64,000 nt of DNA. Source: Azolla caroliniana. Taxonomy: Eukaryota > Plantae > Polypodiophyta. The position numbers were made by a program, and so were the translations under genes. The DNA lies in contig JBHGNT010000009.1 in the NCBI GenBank assembly GCA_043228905.1, positions 9,858,001 through 9,922,000 of the forward strand, read 5' to 3'. This document shows positions 38,672-51,035 of this stretch, in pieces. Every line of letters begins with the position of its first letter. Position 1 is the first letter of the stretch. A model generated the notes under the pieces. It searched no databases. It saw only the letters and a program-made list of their open reading frames with translations, and was not told the origin of the DNA.

Positions 38672-41600
38672 GTTATGTAGAGTCAGTACCTAGTTGTGGT
38701 TCCATTTCATCAAATCAAGTTAGTAGAGTTTTTTCTGCACAAGTCGAGCTTAGCACATCTACAGGTCATCATGCCCTAGCCTCTGCCCTCCTAGATTCCG
38801 GAGCCAATTCTTGTTTCATGGATCGCGAGTTTGCATTGACTCAAAACATCATCTTGAAAAAACTCCCAAACCCAGTAGCTGTAGGAGTCATCGATGGTCG
38901 CCCTATAGCATCAGGAGATATAGTCGAAGAGTCTGAACCAATTCGTGTAGTCCTAGGTAATTTGGCTAGTGTCATCTCATTTAACATCATTAGTAGTCCG
39001 GAGCACTCTCTAGTTCTTGGTCTTCCTTGGTTTGAGTTACATAACCCAACCATTGATTGGAGAAAAAGAACTATTGAAGAGGTCACCGTACAATCCAAGT
39101 CTCTTGAAGCTCCAACTAAGGATCTAGGATCCCCCACAATTTCAACAATCTCTATACATCAATTACGAGAGGATGGAAGAAAGGAAGACATGATGGTATT
39201 TGCGGTTTTAGCAACTCCCTCATCTAGCTCACAAGAATTGGGGGTCCAACTACCAAAGAAGTACATAGAATTCTCCGATGTGTTCGATAAGGTGAAGGCT
39301 AATAGACTACCAGAGCATCGACCATATGATTGCCCAATTGATTTGCAGCCAGGAAAAGAGCCTCCATGGGGACCAATTTATAATCTTTCGCCCACGGAGT
39401 TAGAGGTTCTTCGAGAATATATCAATGAGAACTTGGCAAATGGTTTTATCCAACATTCAAAATCTCCTGCTGGTGCACCCATCTTTTTCGTTAAGAAGAA
39501 AGATGGTACGCTTCGTATGGTCGTGGATTATCGAGGCTTGAATAAAGTGACCGTTAGAAACCGATATGCTCTCCCATTGATCTCAAGCCTTCTAGAACGC
39601 CTCAGTGAAGCAAAGTATTTCACGAAGTTAGATCTTCGAGGTGCCTACAACCTTGTTCGAATTCGTCCTGGGGATGAATGGAAGACGGCGTTCCGCACTC
39701 GCTATGGTCATTTTGAGTACACAGTGATGCCTTTTGGCCTCACGAATGCACCAGCAGTCTTCCAACATATGGCGAATGATATTTTTCGAGACTTCCTCGA
39801 TATCTTCATCATTGTTTACCTGGATGATATCTTGATCTACTCAAAAACTCAAGAAGAACATGATATACATGTTCGCCAAGTTTTGCAACGGCTACGAGAG
39901 TATGGTCTCTATGCAAAATTGGAGAAGTGTAGTTTCGACCAATGTCAAGTGGAGTTTTTGGGGTACATAGTCTCTTCAAATGGCATCTCTATGGATCCAT
40001 CAAAGGTTCAAACAATTTTGGATTGGCAAACACCACAGTCCGTGCGAGATGTGCAATGTTTTTTGGGGTTCGCAAACTTTTATCGCAAGTTCATCAAAGA
40101 TTATTCAAAAATTGTGTTGCCCCTCACTCAACTGACGCACAAGAATCGACCATTTGTATGGAGTATAGATGCGAACTCTGCATTTGAGGGTTTAAAGCAA
40201 GCATTTACATCCGCACCAATCTTAATCCATGTCGATCCAATGAGGCGCTTTATACTTGAAGCTGATGCATCGGATTTCGCACTCGGAAGTGTACTATCCC
40301 AAATTGGTGATGATGGTGAACTGCACCCGGTGGCTTTTCACTCACGAAAATTTGAAGCCGCAGAAATCAACTATGAGATTCACGACAAAGAGCTTCTTGC
40401 CATTGTGGATTCTTTTCAACAATGGCGTCATTTTCTGGAGGGTTCTTCTCAGCAGATTATTGTCTACAATGATCATAAAAATCTAACATACTTTCAAAGT
40501 GCTCGAGTCTTGAATCGACGACAAGCTCGTTGGGCGCAGTTCTTAACTCGTTTCGATTTTGTAATTCTATATCGCCCTGGGATGCAACAAGGAAAAGCAG
40601 ATGCTTTATCTAGACGTTCGTATATGGAACTTCAACCTGGAGAGGCCGCATTTGAAAGCCAAAAGCAAATCCTCTTAGGTCCTGATCGTCTACGAATAAT
40701 GGCAATGCATACCATCAACACACCGGGAGATTCAAGGCTTCTTGATTCCATTCGTGAGCAGATTGCGACTGATGCGTTCGCCCAAGAGGTTTTGAGCCAT
40801 ATTATCCCAAATCGTGCATCTAGCTCCCAAACTCAAAATCCTCGTCTAGACTACACCCAGTTTAGTTGGCATGATGGGTTACTTTTTCGACAAACTCTCT
40901 TGTATGTGCCTGACGGTCCTTCTCGACTCAAAGTCATGCAACAATGTCATGACACACCAATGGCGGGACACTTCGGCATCCACAAGACTTTTGAGTTGAT
41001 TTCTCGCCGATATTGGTGGCCACGGCTTCGCCATTTTGTTACGGATTATGTTCGTAGCTGTGATACATGTTGCCGATCAAAAAAGCCTCGACATCATCCA
41101 TATGGCTTATTACAGCCAATGCCTATTCCGGAGAGCCCATGGAAATCTATTTCCTTGGACTTTATTACGGATCTTCCACCTTCCAAGGGATTTGATTCGA
41201 TTCTCACGGTTGTCGATCGTTTTACGAAGATGGCACATTTCCTTCCATGCACAAAGACCATTACTAGTCAAGAGACAGCTGATTTACTCATGCGGGAGGT
41301 GTTTCGCCATCATGGTCTTCCGGATGATATTATCAGTGATCGGGGTCCACAATTCATCTCGAAATTTTGGCGGCACATGTTCAAACTCTTACATACTTCT
41401 TGTAAACTCTCTTCCGGCTACCATCCAGAGACTAATGGGCAGAGTGAGCGCACCAACCAAACAGTCGAGCAATATCTACGTTGTTTTGTCAACTATCAAC
41501 AAGATGATTGGGTGGATTTACTACCTTTGGCAGAATTTGCTTATAACAACTCCGAGCATTCTTCTACTGGATATTCCCCATTTTTTGCAAACATTGGGTA

Positions 41601-42264
41601 CCATCCTCGTTGGACGATGCTTGAACATCCTGAACTCCCAAAAAACCCAGCTGCTGAAGATCGGCTCACTCGACTCCAAGAAGTTCAGGATATGCTTTTG
41701 CATCATTTATGTGAAGCCCAAAACACTCAAAAGAAGATTGCTGACCGTCATCGGCGTGATTCATCGACTACATTTCAAGTAGGCGATCGTGTATGGCTCT
41801 TACAAGGTAGCATTAAAACGACCCGACCTTGCTACAAATTGGATTATCAACGTTTTGGCCCATATGTCATAAGTGGTAAGATCAATGATGTGACATTTCG
41901 TCTTGATCTTCCTCCTCATATGCGTCTTCACCCGGTCTTCCATGTTTCACTTTTGGAGCCCTACACAACGAGCTCTATTCCGGGTCGTGTTACACCTCCC
42001 CCACCTCCAATTGACGTTTCCAATGGCTCTGAATATGAGGTTGCCGCTATCCTCGACTCCAAGATCATTCGCAACAAACTATACTACTTGGTTGATTGGT
42101 TAGGCTATACACCTAATGATCGAACATGGGAGCCTGCCGAACATCTTGCCAATGCCTCCGACATGGTTGTTGCATTTCACAACCAATATCCTCATAAACC
42201 AAGTCTGAACTCTTTTCTTCCGACTCGTGCAACTCGTCATCGAAAAGGGGGGATAATGTCATGA
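38659..42264 (+). CDS. pol: Pol of gypsy J (PR-RT-RH-IN-chromodomain), probably expressed as a gag-pol fusion
   Basis: Uninterrupted ~1200-aa frame with LLDSGANS, YLDDIL, EADASD, HHCC/SDRG/HPETNGQSE, GPY and chromodomain YEVAAILD..YLVDWLGY..TWEP. Confidence 0.97.
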   Translation: MDHPSYVESVPSCGSISSNQVSRVFSAQVELSTSTGHHALASALLDSGANSCFMDREFALTQNIILKKLPNPVAVGVIDGRPIASGDIVEESEPIRVVLGNLASVISFNIISSPEHSLVLGLPWFELHNPTIDWRKRTIEEVTVQSKSLEAPTKDLGSPTISTISIHQLREDGRKEDMMVFAVLATPSSSSQELGVQLPKKYIEFSDVFDKVKANRLPEHRPYDCPIDLQPGKEPPWGPIYNLSPTELEVLREYINENLANGFIQHSKSPAGAPIFFVKKKDGTLRMVVDYRGLNKVTVRNRYALPLISSLLERLSEAKYFTKLDLRGAYNLVRIRPGDEWKTAFRTRYGHFEYTVMPFGLTNAPAVFQHMANDIFRDFLDIFIIVYLDDILIYSKTQEEHDIHVRQVLQRLREYGLYAKLEKCSFDQCQVEFLGYIVSSNGISMDPSKVQTILDWQTPQSVRDVQCFLGFANFYRKFIKDYSKIVLPLTQLTHKNRPFVWSIDANSAFEGLKQAFTSAPILIHVDPMRRFILEADASDFALGSVLSQIGDDGELHPVAFHSRKFEAAEINYEIHDKELLAIVDSFQQWRHFLEGSSQQIIVYNDHKNLTYFQSARVLNRRQARWAQFLTRFDFVILYRPGMQQGKADALSRRSYMELQPGEAAFESQKQILLGPDRLRIMAMHTINTPGDSRLLDSIREQIATDAFAQEVLSHIIPNRASSSQTQNPRLDYTQFSWHDGLLFRQTLLYVPDGPSRLKVMQQCHDTPMAGHFGIHKTFELISRRYWWPRLRHFVTDYVRSCDTCCRSKKPRHHPYGLLQPMPIPESPWKSISLDFITDLPPSKGFDSILTVVDRFTKMAHFLPCTKTITSQETADLLMREVFRHHGLPDDIISDRGPQFISKFWRHMFKLLHTSCKLSSGYHPETNGQSERTNQTVEQYLRCFVNYQQDDWVDLLPLAEFAYNNSEHSSTGYSPFFANIGYHPRWTMLEHPELPKNPAAEDRLTRLQEVQDMLLHHLCEAQNTQKKIADRHRRDSSTTFQVGDRVWLLQGSIKTTRPCYKLDYQRFGPYVISGKINDVTFRLDLPPHMRLHPVFHVSLLEPYTTSSIPGRVTPPPPPIDVSNGSEYEVAAILDSKIIRNKLYYLVDWLGYTPNDRTWEPAEHLANASDMVVAFHNQYPHKPSLNSFLPTRATRHRKGGIMS

Positions 42265-45200
42265 AGACATACATCTTGGCTTATCATGACATTCATCTTG
42301 GCGAACCAGGAATTGAACCCATAACCTCTTGGTTTACATATTGTACTTTAACCATTGTAATAACATATGTGAGATGTAATCATAATAATTATATGTTTAG
42401 TTATTACGAGATATTTAGAACATTCTAGATTATTCTAGAATGTTCTTGAATATTTCATGATTATATTTATTATTATTATTATTCATAAATATCTAAAATA
42501 TTCTAGAACATTCTAGAATACTCCATAAGGGCCTATAAATAAGAGTCCATACACTCATCACAACTCATTCGGTTCAACACCAGTCTTTAGCCCTTAGCCT
42601 ACTCCTTGTAATCTTCTTTCTCATAATATAATCTCATTCCCATTTCTTATCTCTCACTTATACTTTTCTCTCTCTCGCACTCTCTCCCTCTTTCACTCTC
42701 TTTTGCTATCACTATCGCTATCTCTACCGCTCTCGCCATCTCTATCGTTATCGTTATCTCTATCGCCATCGCTCTCTCTCTGCTTCCTACTCAAGAGTCA
42801 CGACAGTAACTCTCCAGAGGTTGCGATAGTCTCTCAGATCTGTGAGGTATGACAGAACTAGTCGCACCCGGTGTCGATATGAGATGGTCGGGAGCCGAGC
42901 CATTCGGCTGTGCCGAATCGGTGGATTTGGTGCGAGAGTTGTCGGTTATCCGTGAAACCGATCTCGTGTTGTGGGCTAGGCCTTCATGAAGGGTTGGCAC
43001 GTCGGAAAATATTACCCTTTGGACTTCAATAGGCCTTTCGGCCGTTTTATGCATTGTCAACTCGTTGAACACGGCGTCCGAACTTCGGACGATTTGTCTG
43101 TGCTCAAGGTCCCAGAGTCGGTATTCGATCTCGCCGTCGGGTCCATACCCAAGGAAAACGTATTTCCTTGATCTTGGTTCGAGTTTCCGGAGTGTTGGAG
43201 CATGGATACTACGCGTTCTTGAATCGTCTGATTCATGCGTTCAGCAATTCCGTTCTGCTCTGGACTATAGGGTGCCGTATATTCATGTCGAATGCCGCTT
43301 TCCCGGAAAAATTTGACGAATTCATCAGACTTGAATTCTCCTCCATTATTGGTTCAGAGACATTTTCGTTTCCGACTAGTCTGGTTTCCGACCATTGCAA
43401 GCCATTCGGAGAAGATCGAGAACACCCGATCTTTGGTTCTAATGGGGTAAGCCCACACCGTCCGAGTGGAGTCATCAATAAAACTGACGAAGTACGAAGC
43501 ACCGTCGATAGATTGATGTGGCATCAGGCCATAGACGTCCGAGTGGACCAAATCGAGGGGACTCGATTCTCTTGGTGCTGATGTCGGGTGTGATGTGGCT
43601 ACTTGAGCTCGGGGATGTAACCGGGCTCTGGATAGGTGGGTTATGCCGGCCTTGCTGAGGTGTCCAAGTCGTCCGTGCCATAACGATGACACGGGGATAT
43701 CAAACAAAACTAAGTCACCCTCTTTGAGTGTGACATATAAAGGGTACAAGGAATGTACCTTTGGTCCTCGAGCAAGCAGGAGGTTCCCTTTCTAGAGTGT
43801 CCACCCTCCTGATGAGAACCCGGCACGGATGCCGGCTTCGTCAAGTTGTCCGACTGAGATCAAGGGTCTTGAGAGCTCAGGAACGTATCGGACATTGTGT
43901 AGTACGAGTGTGGAGCCACCCGGAAGGTTGAGCTCTATAGTGCCGATTCCGATTATAGCAACATGCTGCGAGTTTCCGAATCGAACTGAGTCGGAGTGCT
44001 AGTCCGAGTATTGCCAAAACTGAGATCGGTGAGGTGTCACATGATACGATGCGCCCGAGTCTAGGAGCCATGTGCTCAATTCCTCAGTCGTAAGCAGAAC
44101 TTCTGATTCGACTGGGTTCTCTATGGACAGTATGTTCGGGTCGGTCGTCAGAATTTCGGCTGAAGAGCCAACATAGTTGACCTGCTCATGCCGGCTACTC
44201 TTCTAATCCGCTCTCTGAGATTTGTCGGTTTTTTCTTTGAGTGCTCGGCAGTCGGCTTTGATGTGTCCTGGTTTCTTGCAGTAGTTGCAGAGTCGGTTGT
44301 CCCGGGACTTGCTCCAGCTTCGCTCATTGTTCAACGGTCAGGAAGAACTTCTTGCCCGGTTGTTCGATCGGTCGGTCAAATCTTGTACTACGTAAGCTTA
44401 ATCTGCCGAGTCTTTGGCGAAAGACTTTCTCCGAGTTGCTTTAGTCAGGATTGCGCTCGTTGAAGCATTGCACATGGTTGTAACGAAAGTTTCCCATGAA
44501 GAGGGGAGGCTACTCATGAGTATCATTGCTCTGAGTTCATCCTCGATTGCCGTCCCCTGAGACGAGATTTGGGAGCTTATGCTTTCGTACATTTGAGGTG
44601 TGCCTAAACCGAATCAGATTCTTTCATCTGCAGATTGTAGAGGCGCCGGATCAGATACATCTTCATCGCGGCAACCTTCTTTTCATAAGTTTCCGACATT
44701 GTTTTCCAAAGTTCGAAAGTTGTCGTGCATGATTGCACTGTGAAGTACACTGACTCGGACAAGTGCATCCGAATCGTGGCACGGATGATTCTGTCCAGCT
44801 TTAGCCACTCGTTTGCCTTGTATGCTTCTAGAGGATTTTCATTCTCAATCGGATCTATCTGACCCTTGATTATGAGATAGTCCTGCATTTGTTCCTTCCA
44901 GAAGTTGAAGTTCGAACCATCGAACCTCCTTAGACTTATCTCCCATGAGTCGGATGTTGATGCCATCTGCTTCGGTTTCGGTTGGTAAGACTTGGTTCAA
45001 AATTGACTACGAACCTTAGTGGGGTGCAGCCGGTCGGCTCACCCGATATCGTTCTAGTCGGTTTTGAACCCAAGTTGGTTTGGTTACGGATACTTGTTGC
45101 TGAACTTGCTCAGAGTAACTCCAATAACTTGAGGGACACAACCGACTAGTCTTCCCGAACGTTTCCGAGTCGGAGTGAGCCCGGTTAGATTCCGATTGTA

Positions 45201-47981
45201 TGCCGAATACCGATTACAAGAAACCGATTGTTTAGGTTGATTCTGCTTCGGATGACTACAGCAATGAGAGGGATAGATCCAACTGATCCTCCCGAATGTC
45301 GATAAGCCGAGTGAAGCACAAAGTGGTTGTTGCTAGGAGACTAATCTGCAACGGGTGGTTACAACAACTGAGTGAATAGCGTCCAGTGACCTATTCGGAT
45401 GTCGTTTAACCAAATGAAGCACGATTGGGTTGGTTGTTGCACAAGGAGCTCCCCTCAAGCGGTTACAATCACAGGAACAGAGTACGGCTAGCTGGCTTAC
45501 TCCAATTTGTGATTTAACATAGTGAGATGCGAGCTTTTTGTTTTTCTTCTCCCTTCTCTATTCTTCAAAGGAAACTAAAGCAGAATGTTGGTGATACCAA
45601 ATGTTGGGTGGTGTACTATGATGGCCGACAGCAGGTTGAAGAACCTCCAATGCTCTGATACCAAATGTTGGGGACAAGGCCGTCAATGCGGAAGTGCAAG
45701 CAACATTCGTGATGAAGAAGAACCTGTGTATGCGCATGAGCAAGATAGACACGGAGAGAGAGAGAGAGAGAGAGATAGGCACAAAGAAATCGTATTATTT
45801 CTTAGTAGCAAACGTTACAAATGACAACCAACCTTTCCTAAAGGTTACAAAGTCACTTTATATAGTGACTGTCCTAGGGCAACTACCCTTTATGCTATTT
45901 ACAGAAATAGCCCAAACTTGGGTTGTCCAAAGGGACAGTGTGAATACGGCCATTATACACTCGTATTCGACACTTGAAGTACAATTAATGTGGTGACACT
46001 CCTCCATTAGCAGAAGTCTGATTCTACAGGTAAACAGTTGTCCTTACGGCTTCAGCCCAGTAAAATTTTGTCATATGCTTCTCTTCGAGCATTGCCGTGA
46101 CCGACTCTTCGATCATCCGATTTTTCTGCTCGGCCATGTTGTTCTACTGCGGCATGTATCTGCAGGAGAATTCACACCGAATTCCTTCATCCTGCAGATA
46201 ATTCGAGAATTGGTCGGAGAAGTACTCCTTCCCGCCATCGAACCTTAGGCACTTCATCTTTCATCCGGTTTCCCTTTCTGCAAGGCTCTTTACCTTCAGG
46301 AAACACATGAAGACTTCACTCTTTTTTGCGATCAAGTACGCCCAAGTGTGCTGAGAGAAGTCATCGATGAAAGTCACGAAATATCGGCTTCCACCATGAC
46401 TCAGGTTCTGTGCCGGTCCCCATACATCCGAATGGATCACATTGAGAAAATTTCGACTCCGGTTAGCCTCATTGGGGAATGGAAGTCGGTGATGCTTTGC
46501 CAACTAGTAGGCTTCACAGACTTGGCCCTTTTGGCCACTGAATTTCGGCAAGCCGAAAACGATGTTTTTCATCTACATTTCTCGAAGCTTTGGGAAATTT
46601 ACGTGGCCGAACTGCTTGTGCCACAGGTCGATATCCGATTCGACCTTTTTCCCTCTCACAAACATAGCAGTGCCGACATCGTTGTTCTCGAGGATAAACA
46701 TCCTCTCTTCACAGCGCCCTTGCACGATTATCTTGCCTTCCTCTTTGATGTAGCAACCAAGATGCGTGAATCGAACTTGCATCCCTTGGTCAACGATCTG
46801 TCTGACCGACACCAAGTTCTTGGTTATTGTTGGGACGTGTAGCACGTTCATGATTTTCCCTTTCTGCCCGATGTGGCTGAGGGGAACTTCTCCAACATGT
46901 TCGATGGTATGGGGAGTGTCGTCTCCAGTTTCGACCACTCCTTCTTTTTCCGGTTTCTCCAAGTACGAGAACCATTCCTCATGACTCGTCATATGATTTG
47001 ACGCTCCAGAGTCAACATACCACACCTCGGCGTAGTGCGATCCATTTTCAGCTCATTTGGAGCCCTTGGCGTAGTGTGATCGCTACTGATTTCCTTGTTT
47101 GGTCCGCCCGGATCCGGATGCGGTTTTCTCTGAATCGACACGTTTCTTCCAGCACTCGCACTCCTTGTGACCTTTCTTGCCACAAAACTAGCATTTTGCT
47201 CCTGTTGGCCGTCTCCATTGTGCGCCGACTCGCCTCATCCGCCACGACCACGGGGCCTATCTTCCTCCGTGTACAACATCTTGTTGTCGGCGTGCGTACT
47301 AATTGACGCACACGTGCGGTTATCCTCTACTAGGAGCATCGAGTATAAGTCGAAAAACAACAGCATATTCTCCCTCGTACAAACCGCAGTTCGGAAAGCT
47401 CCGAACGTCGACGCTAACCCTCCGAAGCAGACTTGCACCATTTCGTCCTCCTCAACGTTTACATCGATGGAGGCGAGAGAGTCGCACATATCCTTGATCT
47501 TGGAGGTGTAGTCAACCACCGACATATCTCATTGTCGAACACTGCTCAACTCTTGCCTGATTTTGAGCTTTCTACCTGTGGTGCTCGCGGCGAAAATCTT
47601 TTTTAGATTTCCCCAAGCATCCGTTCATGTCTTCGCATCCTGAATGTAGCTCAGAAGCTGATTGCTCACACACGATGCAAAGTAGTAGAGAACTCTCCTT
47701 GCCGCTTGTTCCTAGACCAGGAAATCTCTATGTGTCGATTCAGGTGCTGCATCATTAGCTCCATCGACATAACTCCACTAACCACTAACCATACTGGTGC
47801 ATCTTGTAAGACCAAGATGCATAGTTGCTCCTGTCGAGCTTCTCAGTTAGTAGCAAGCTTCCCATTCCTTTGTCCATATTGTTTTCGTATCTTTTCCAAA
47901 ATCGAAAAAACTTGACTCTGTCTTTATCGCTTGCTTTTTTGTCGGTTGCAGAGGAGTCTCAACCCTCGCACTTTGATACCA

Positions 47982-48088
47982 TGAAAAGGAATACGTGCGG
48001 AAGCATGTGTGTAAAAGACACAAAGTACACAATTTGGAAATATGACAGTTTGGTGAAACACAGAAAACACACAGAGAAGAAGAAGAGG

Positions 48089-48142
<54 letters not shown>

Positions 48143-50161
48143 AGACAACAATTCTATTCCAAGAAAATAACACTCTGTACATAGGATGTTCTTAGAGAGC
48201 ACTTTTATACAAGTGAATATGGATTGACAGAAGTATTGACACGTACTTCAATGCTCATCAATAAGCCCCTACACCAACTCCAAAAATATATTCCTACACG
48301 GAATATCTTTATAACGTCCTCCTGGTTTACGCGCCACTACAGCCTCTCATTGCACACCCGGTTTACACACCCAACCTACACACTGGTTTACGGACTGGTT
48401 TTACGCGCACCCAATGTTGAGCGTGTATCTCAACACTCCCCCTCAAGCTCAACTTGAGGTTCTGCCTGCTCTTCCGAATCTTCGTTCCGGCTTCTCCTGG
48501 CTTCACGTCTTGCTCGCACTCCCCGACCCATTCGATTCCGCGCGCTTCACCCCTTTCGGTCGGCCTGTTTGCTTGTGCAGCCTTTCTCAACTCCCTTGTT
48601 GTCGTGGTGTTGGTGCCCCTTTCGTTGCCCTTTCCTCCGCTTGGCCTTCAGTTGATTCGACATGTCTAAATCGAACATTTCGATTGAATCAGTCGCTTCC
48701 TATTCATCTCCACTTTCGCCCGAATTGGCTATCTCCAATTCTTCTTCTATCTTTAGGCCCTTGACCACATCCTACCATGTCTTCAGTACCAACATTCCAT
48801 TTCGGTTTTCGATTGACGGTTCCTAGCGCCACCTTGACTCCCCTTGTTCATGGAGGCTGTTGTCGGCACTATCTCTGTGCCTCCAATTCTGTTAGTGTCG
48901 GTCGCCACTGTTGTGTGCCGATCCACCTCCGTGTACAGCATTCGGTTGTCCGATTGAGTGTTCGTAGACCCACTCACATGGTTTTCTTAGACCATCAGCA
49001 TCGATTGCAAGTCGAAGAAGGATGGTGGTTTTTCCCAAGTGGAAATCGTCATCCCAATAGGCCCATACCTTTGCGCTAAACCACCGAGATAGCTCTGGAC
49101 GATTCTATCTTCGTCCATCGTCACATGAAGGACCCCAGCGCATCATAGAACTCCTTTATTTTGGTGGTAAAGTCGGTAACTAAGATATCCCATTGTTGGA
49201 TGTTGTTGAGCTCTTCTCGGAGCTGCAACTTCCGGGCCATGGTGCTTGCCAAGAAAATCTTCTTTAGATTTTTCCAAGCTTCTTTCGACGCTTTTGCATC
49301 CTTAATGTAGCCAAGCATCTTATCGTGCACACAAGACACTACAATACTTTGCTTCCTCATTCCTCCCATGCCGGCAAGTCCTTATGTGCCAGCTCCGATA
49401 TCCGTGTCCGAGCAGGTACTGGTGCATCTTGTATGACGAAGATCTGTAATTATTTCTGTTGAGCTTCTCTGTTGGTAACGAGCTAGCCATACCTCTGTCC
49501 ATTCTTTCTTTGTCCTGTTCTTTTGCCAGAAGTTAGGTTTCCTTTGTCTACTTAGAGCTTTCTATCAGTAATAGAGGATTTTCACCCCTCTCACTCTAAT
49601 ACCATGAGACGAGTTGTGTGCAGAAGCTCGTCGATGTAACCGAAGTCACCGGTTATGAACATAAAATATTTGCACGTTTAATGAAGGCTTTACAAAACAC
49701 AAAGAGTACGTGTACAGACAAAGAGAGCAGAAAAGTAAATTAAATTCAAGAAAATAAACTATCTATACATACAATGTGATCAGTAAGAACTTTTATACAA
49801 GTCCTTAAAAGTTCTGACAGAAGTACAGACATGTACTTCAATGCTCGTACCGAGCGACTGACATGCACTTTAATGTTCGTACCCATTTATCGGAATAGCA
49901 AAAAAAAACAGAGACAAGGTTTAATGGAAGCTTCAATCACAGAGACAGAAAGCGGGAGAGATAGAGAGAGCATAACAGTGAACTCAATTCAAAATAATAA
50001 CACTTTGTCTGTATACAATGTCCTACATAACACTTTTTATACAAGTCCTTAAAAGGACTAACATGTACTTCAATGCTCGTACCGAGCGACTAACACTGAC
50101 TCCCAAAGATATGCCTACGTACTAAGCTAGGATCATAGGCCTTTAACGGCCTATCAGTTAC
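47982..50161 (-). mobile_element. Copia K: short gag-only deletion derivative that shares LTR 47982-48435 with copia F; its own 5' LTR (from 49604) is interrupted by copia L
   Basis: PPT CTCCCCCTCAAG directly abuts LTR 47982-48435 at 48436. The 3' tail resembles 19626-19990 and is fused at ~48783 to the gag knuckle (ECWY). PBS-like CTCTAATACCA at 49593-49603. Confidence 0.75.
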
Positions 50162-50249
50162 TGTTAGGAAACAAGTTCCTCCGGATGGGAAGTGAGAAGA
50201 ACAGTACTGATGAGCAAACTCGGCCGAGGCCGATAGGTCGAGGCCGAAT

Positions 50250-50389
50250 CCGGATGTGGAGTACCCGGCTATAGAAGACCCGATGAGAACCGGATGACGA
50301 GTACCCGGCTACAGAAGACCCGGTGAGAACCGGATGACGAGTACCCGACTACGGAAGACCCGGTGAGAACCGGATGACGAGCACCCGGC
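50250..50389. repeat. 40-bp tandem repeat (~3.5 copies) in the LTR of copia L
   Basis: CCGGATGACGAGTACCCGGCTACAGAAGACCCGGTGAGAA at 50250, 50290, 50330 and (partial) 50370. Confidence 0.9.
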
Positions 50390-51035
50390 AAGAGCTGGAT
50401 GGTGAAGGCCCAATGAGAAGTGCTCACCGGATGAAGGGACATATTCGTAAATATGTTTTCTGAGAGTTCATCGGAGCTATATTTGTAAATAGCCGAAAAG
50501 TCATATTAGTGTAAATATGACTTAGGGCAAACTTAGAGGAGGTTCATGTTGTAGTTGTTGTCATTCTTGTTGGCGCAAGATTAGAGCACAACAGTGTATA
50601 GAGAGAGAGAGAGAGAAAGAGACGAAGAGTTCGTATCTCTATTGTAACCGCCACCTGTGGCAAAGACAGTGAACAAGAGGTCGTTGCCTCTGTGTTCATC
50701 TATTGTATACTGTTACATAGTGATAGTTAGCAGTTAGTGGACTGTCGTGGTTTTTTCCCGTGTTTGGGTTTTTCCACATAAACATCTTGTGTACTCTTCT
50801 CTCCATTGTGTCGTGCATTCATTCCCGGTTTTTTCTATGTTTGATTCAAAGCTTGGTTGTGGCCGAGCGTTGTTCTTCGGGAGCGTGTAGTTCCTGACAA
50901 AGTGGTATCAGAGTGAAACGACACTGAAAATGGACGAATCGTTGGGAGGCATGTTCAAGCTCACCGGCTCCAACTATTCGGTGTGGAAGTCATAGATGAG
51001 GGACATGCTCGTGGTTAAAGATCTTTGGTTGCCGG

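Larger units (their letters stand above)
36871..42805 (+). mobile_element. Gypsy J: intact, very young Ty3/gypsy chromovirus (Tcn1/Tf1-sushi-like)
   Basis: Two 549-bp LTRs (36871-37419, 42257-42805) with no difference seen by eye. PPT AAAAGGGGGGA before the 3' LTR. Flanks GTACC/GTAAC. Open gag and pol. Confidence 0.97.
34661..45972 (-). mobile_element. Copia I: degenerate Tnt1-like Ty1/copia nested in copia F, split by gypsy J
   Basis: LTRs 34661-35053 (with an internal ~70-bp duplication) and 45666-45972, perfect TSD CTTGA, iMet PBS 45652-45663, PPT at 35054. gag FDGSNFNFWK, PR LLDSGASYH, RT YVDD, RH TDSDFA/SKHINVRYHF. Confidence 0.93.
28666..48435 (-). mobile_element. Copia F: old degenerate Ty1/copia hosting copia B, H and I (5' LTR 47982-48435; 3' end outside the window)
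   Basis: PBS at ~47970-47981; gag/PR/IN 45978-47870; IN-RT 32948-34660; RH 28666-28965. The host sequence is continuous once the insertions with TSDs CATCC and CTTGA are removed. Confidence 0.87.

Noticed and set aside
41036-41782. 248-aa overlapping ORF within gypsy J pol, and many antisense ORFs over gypsy G and the copia elements
   Set aside because: These are alternative-frame shadows of retroelement coding sequence with no recognisable motifs.
45586-45610. Second PBS/LTR-end-like motif (GATACCAAATGTTGGG) near the copia I PBS
   Set aside because: It is only ~16 bp with no accompanying LTR. It may be a small local duplication and is too short to call another element.
50165-50250. CTGATGAG and GAAAC suggesting a hammerhead ribozyme in the copia L LTR
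   Set aside because: I could not form stems I and II around the core in any topology.
50250-50389. 40-bp repeats resembling a repeat-spacer array
   Set aside because: They are head-to-tail copies without spacers, an ordinary U3 enhancer-type tandem repeat.
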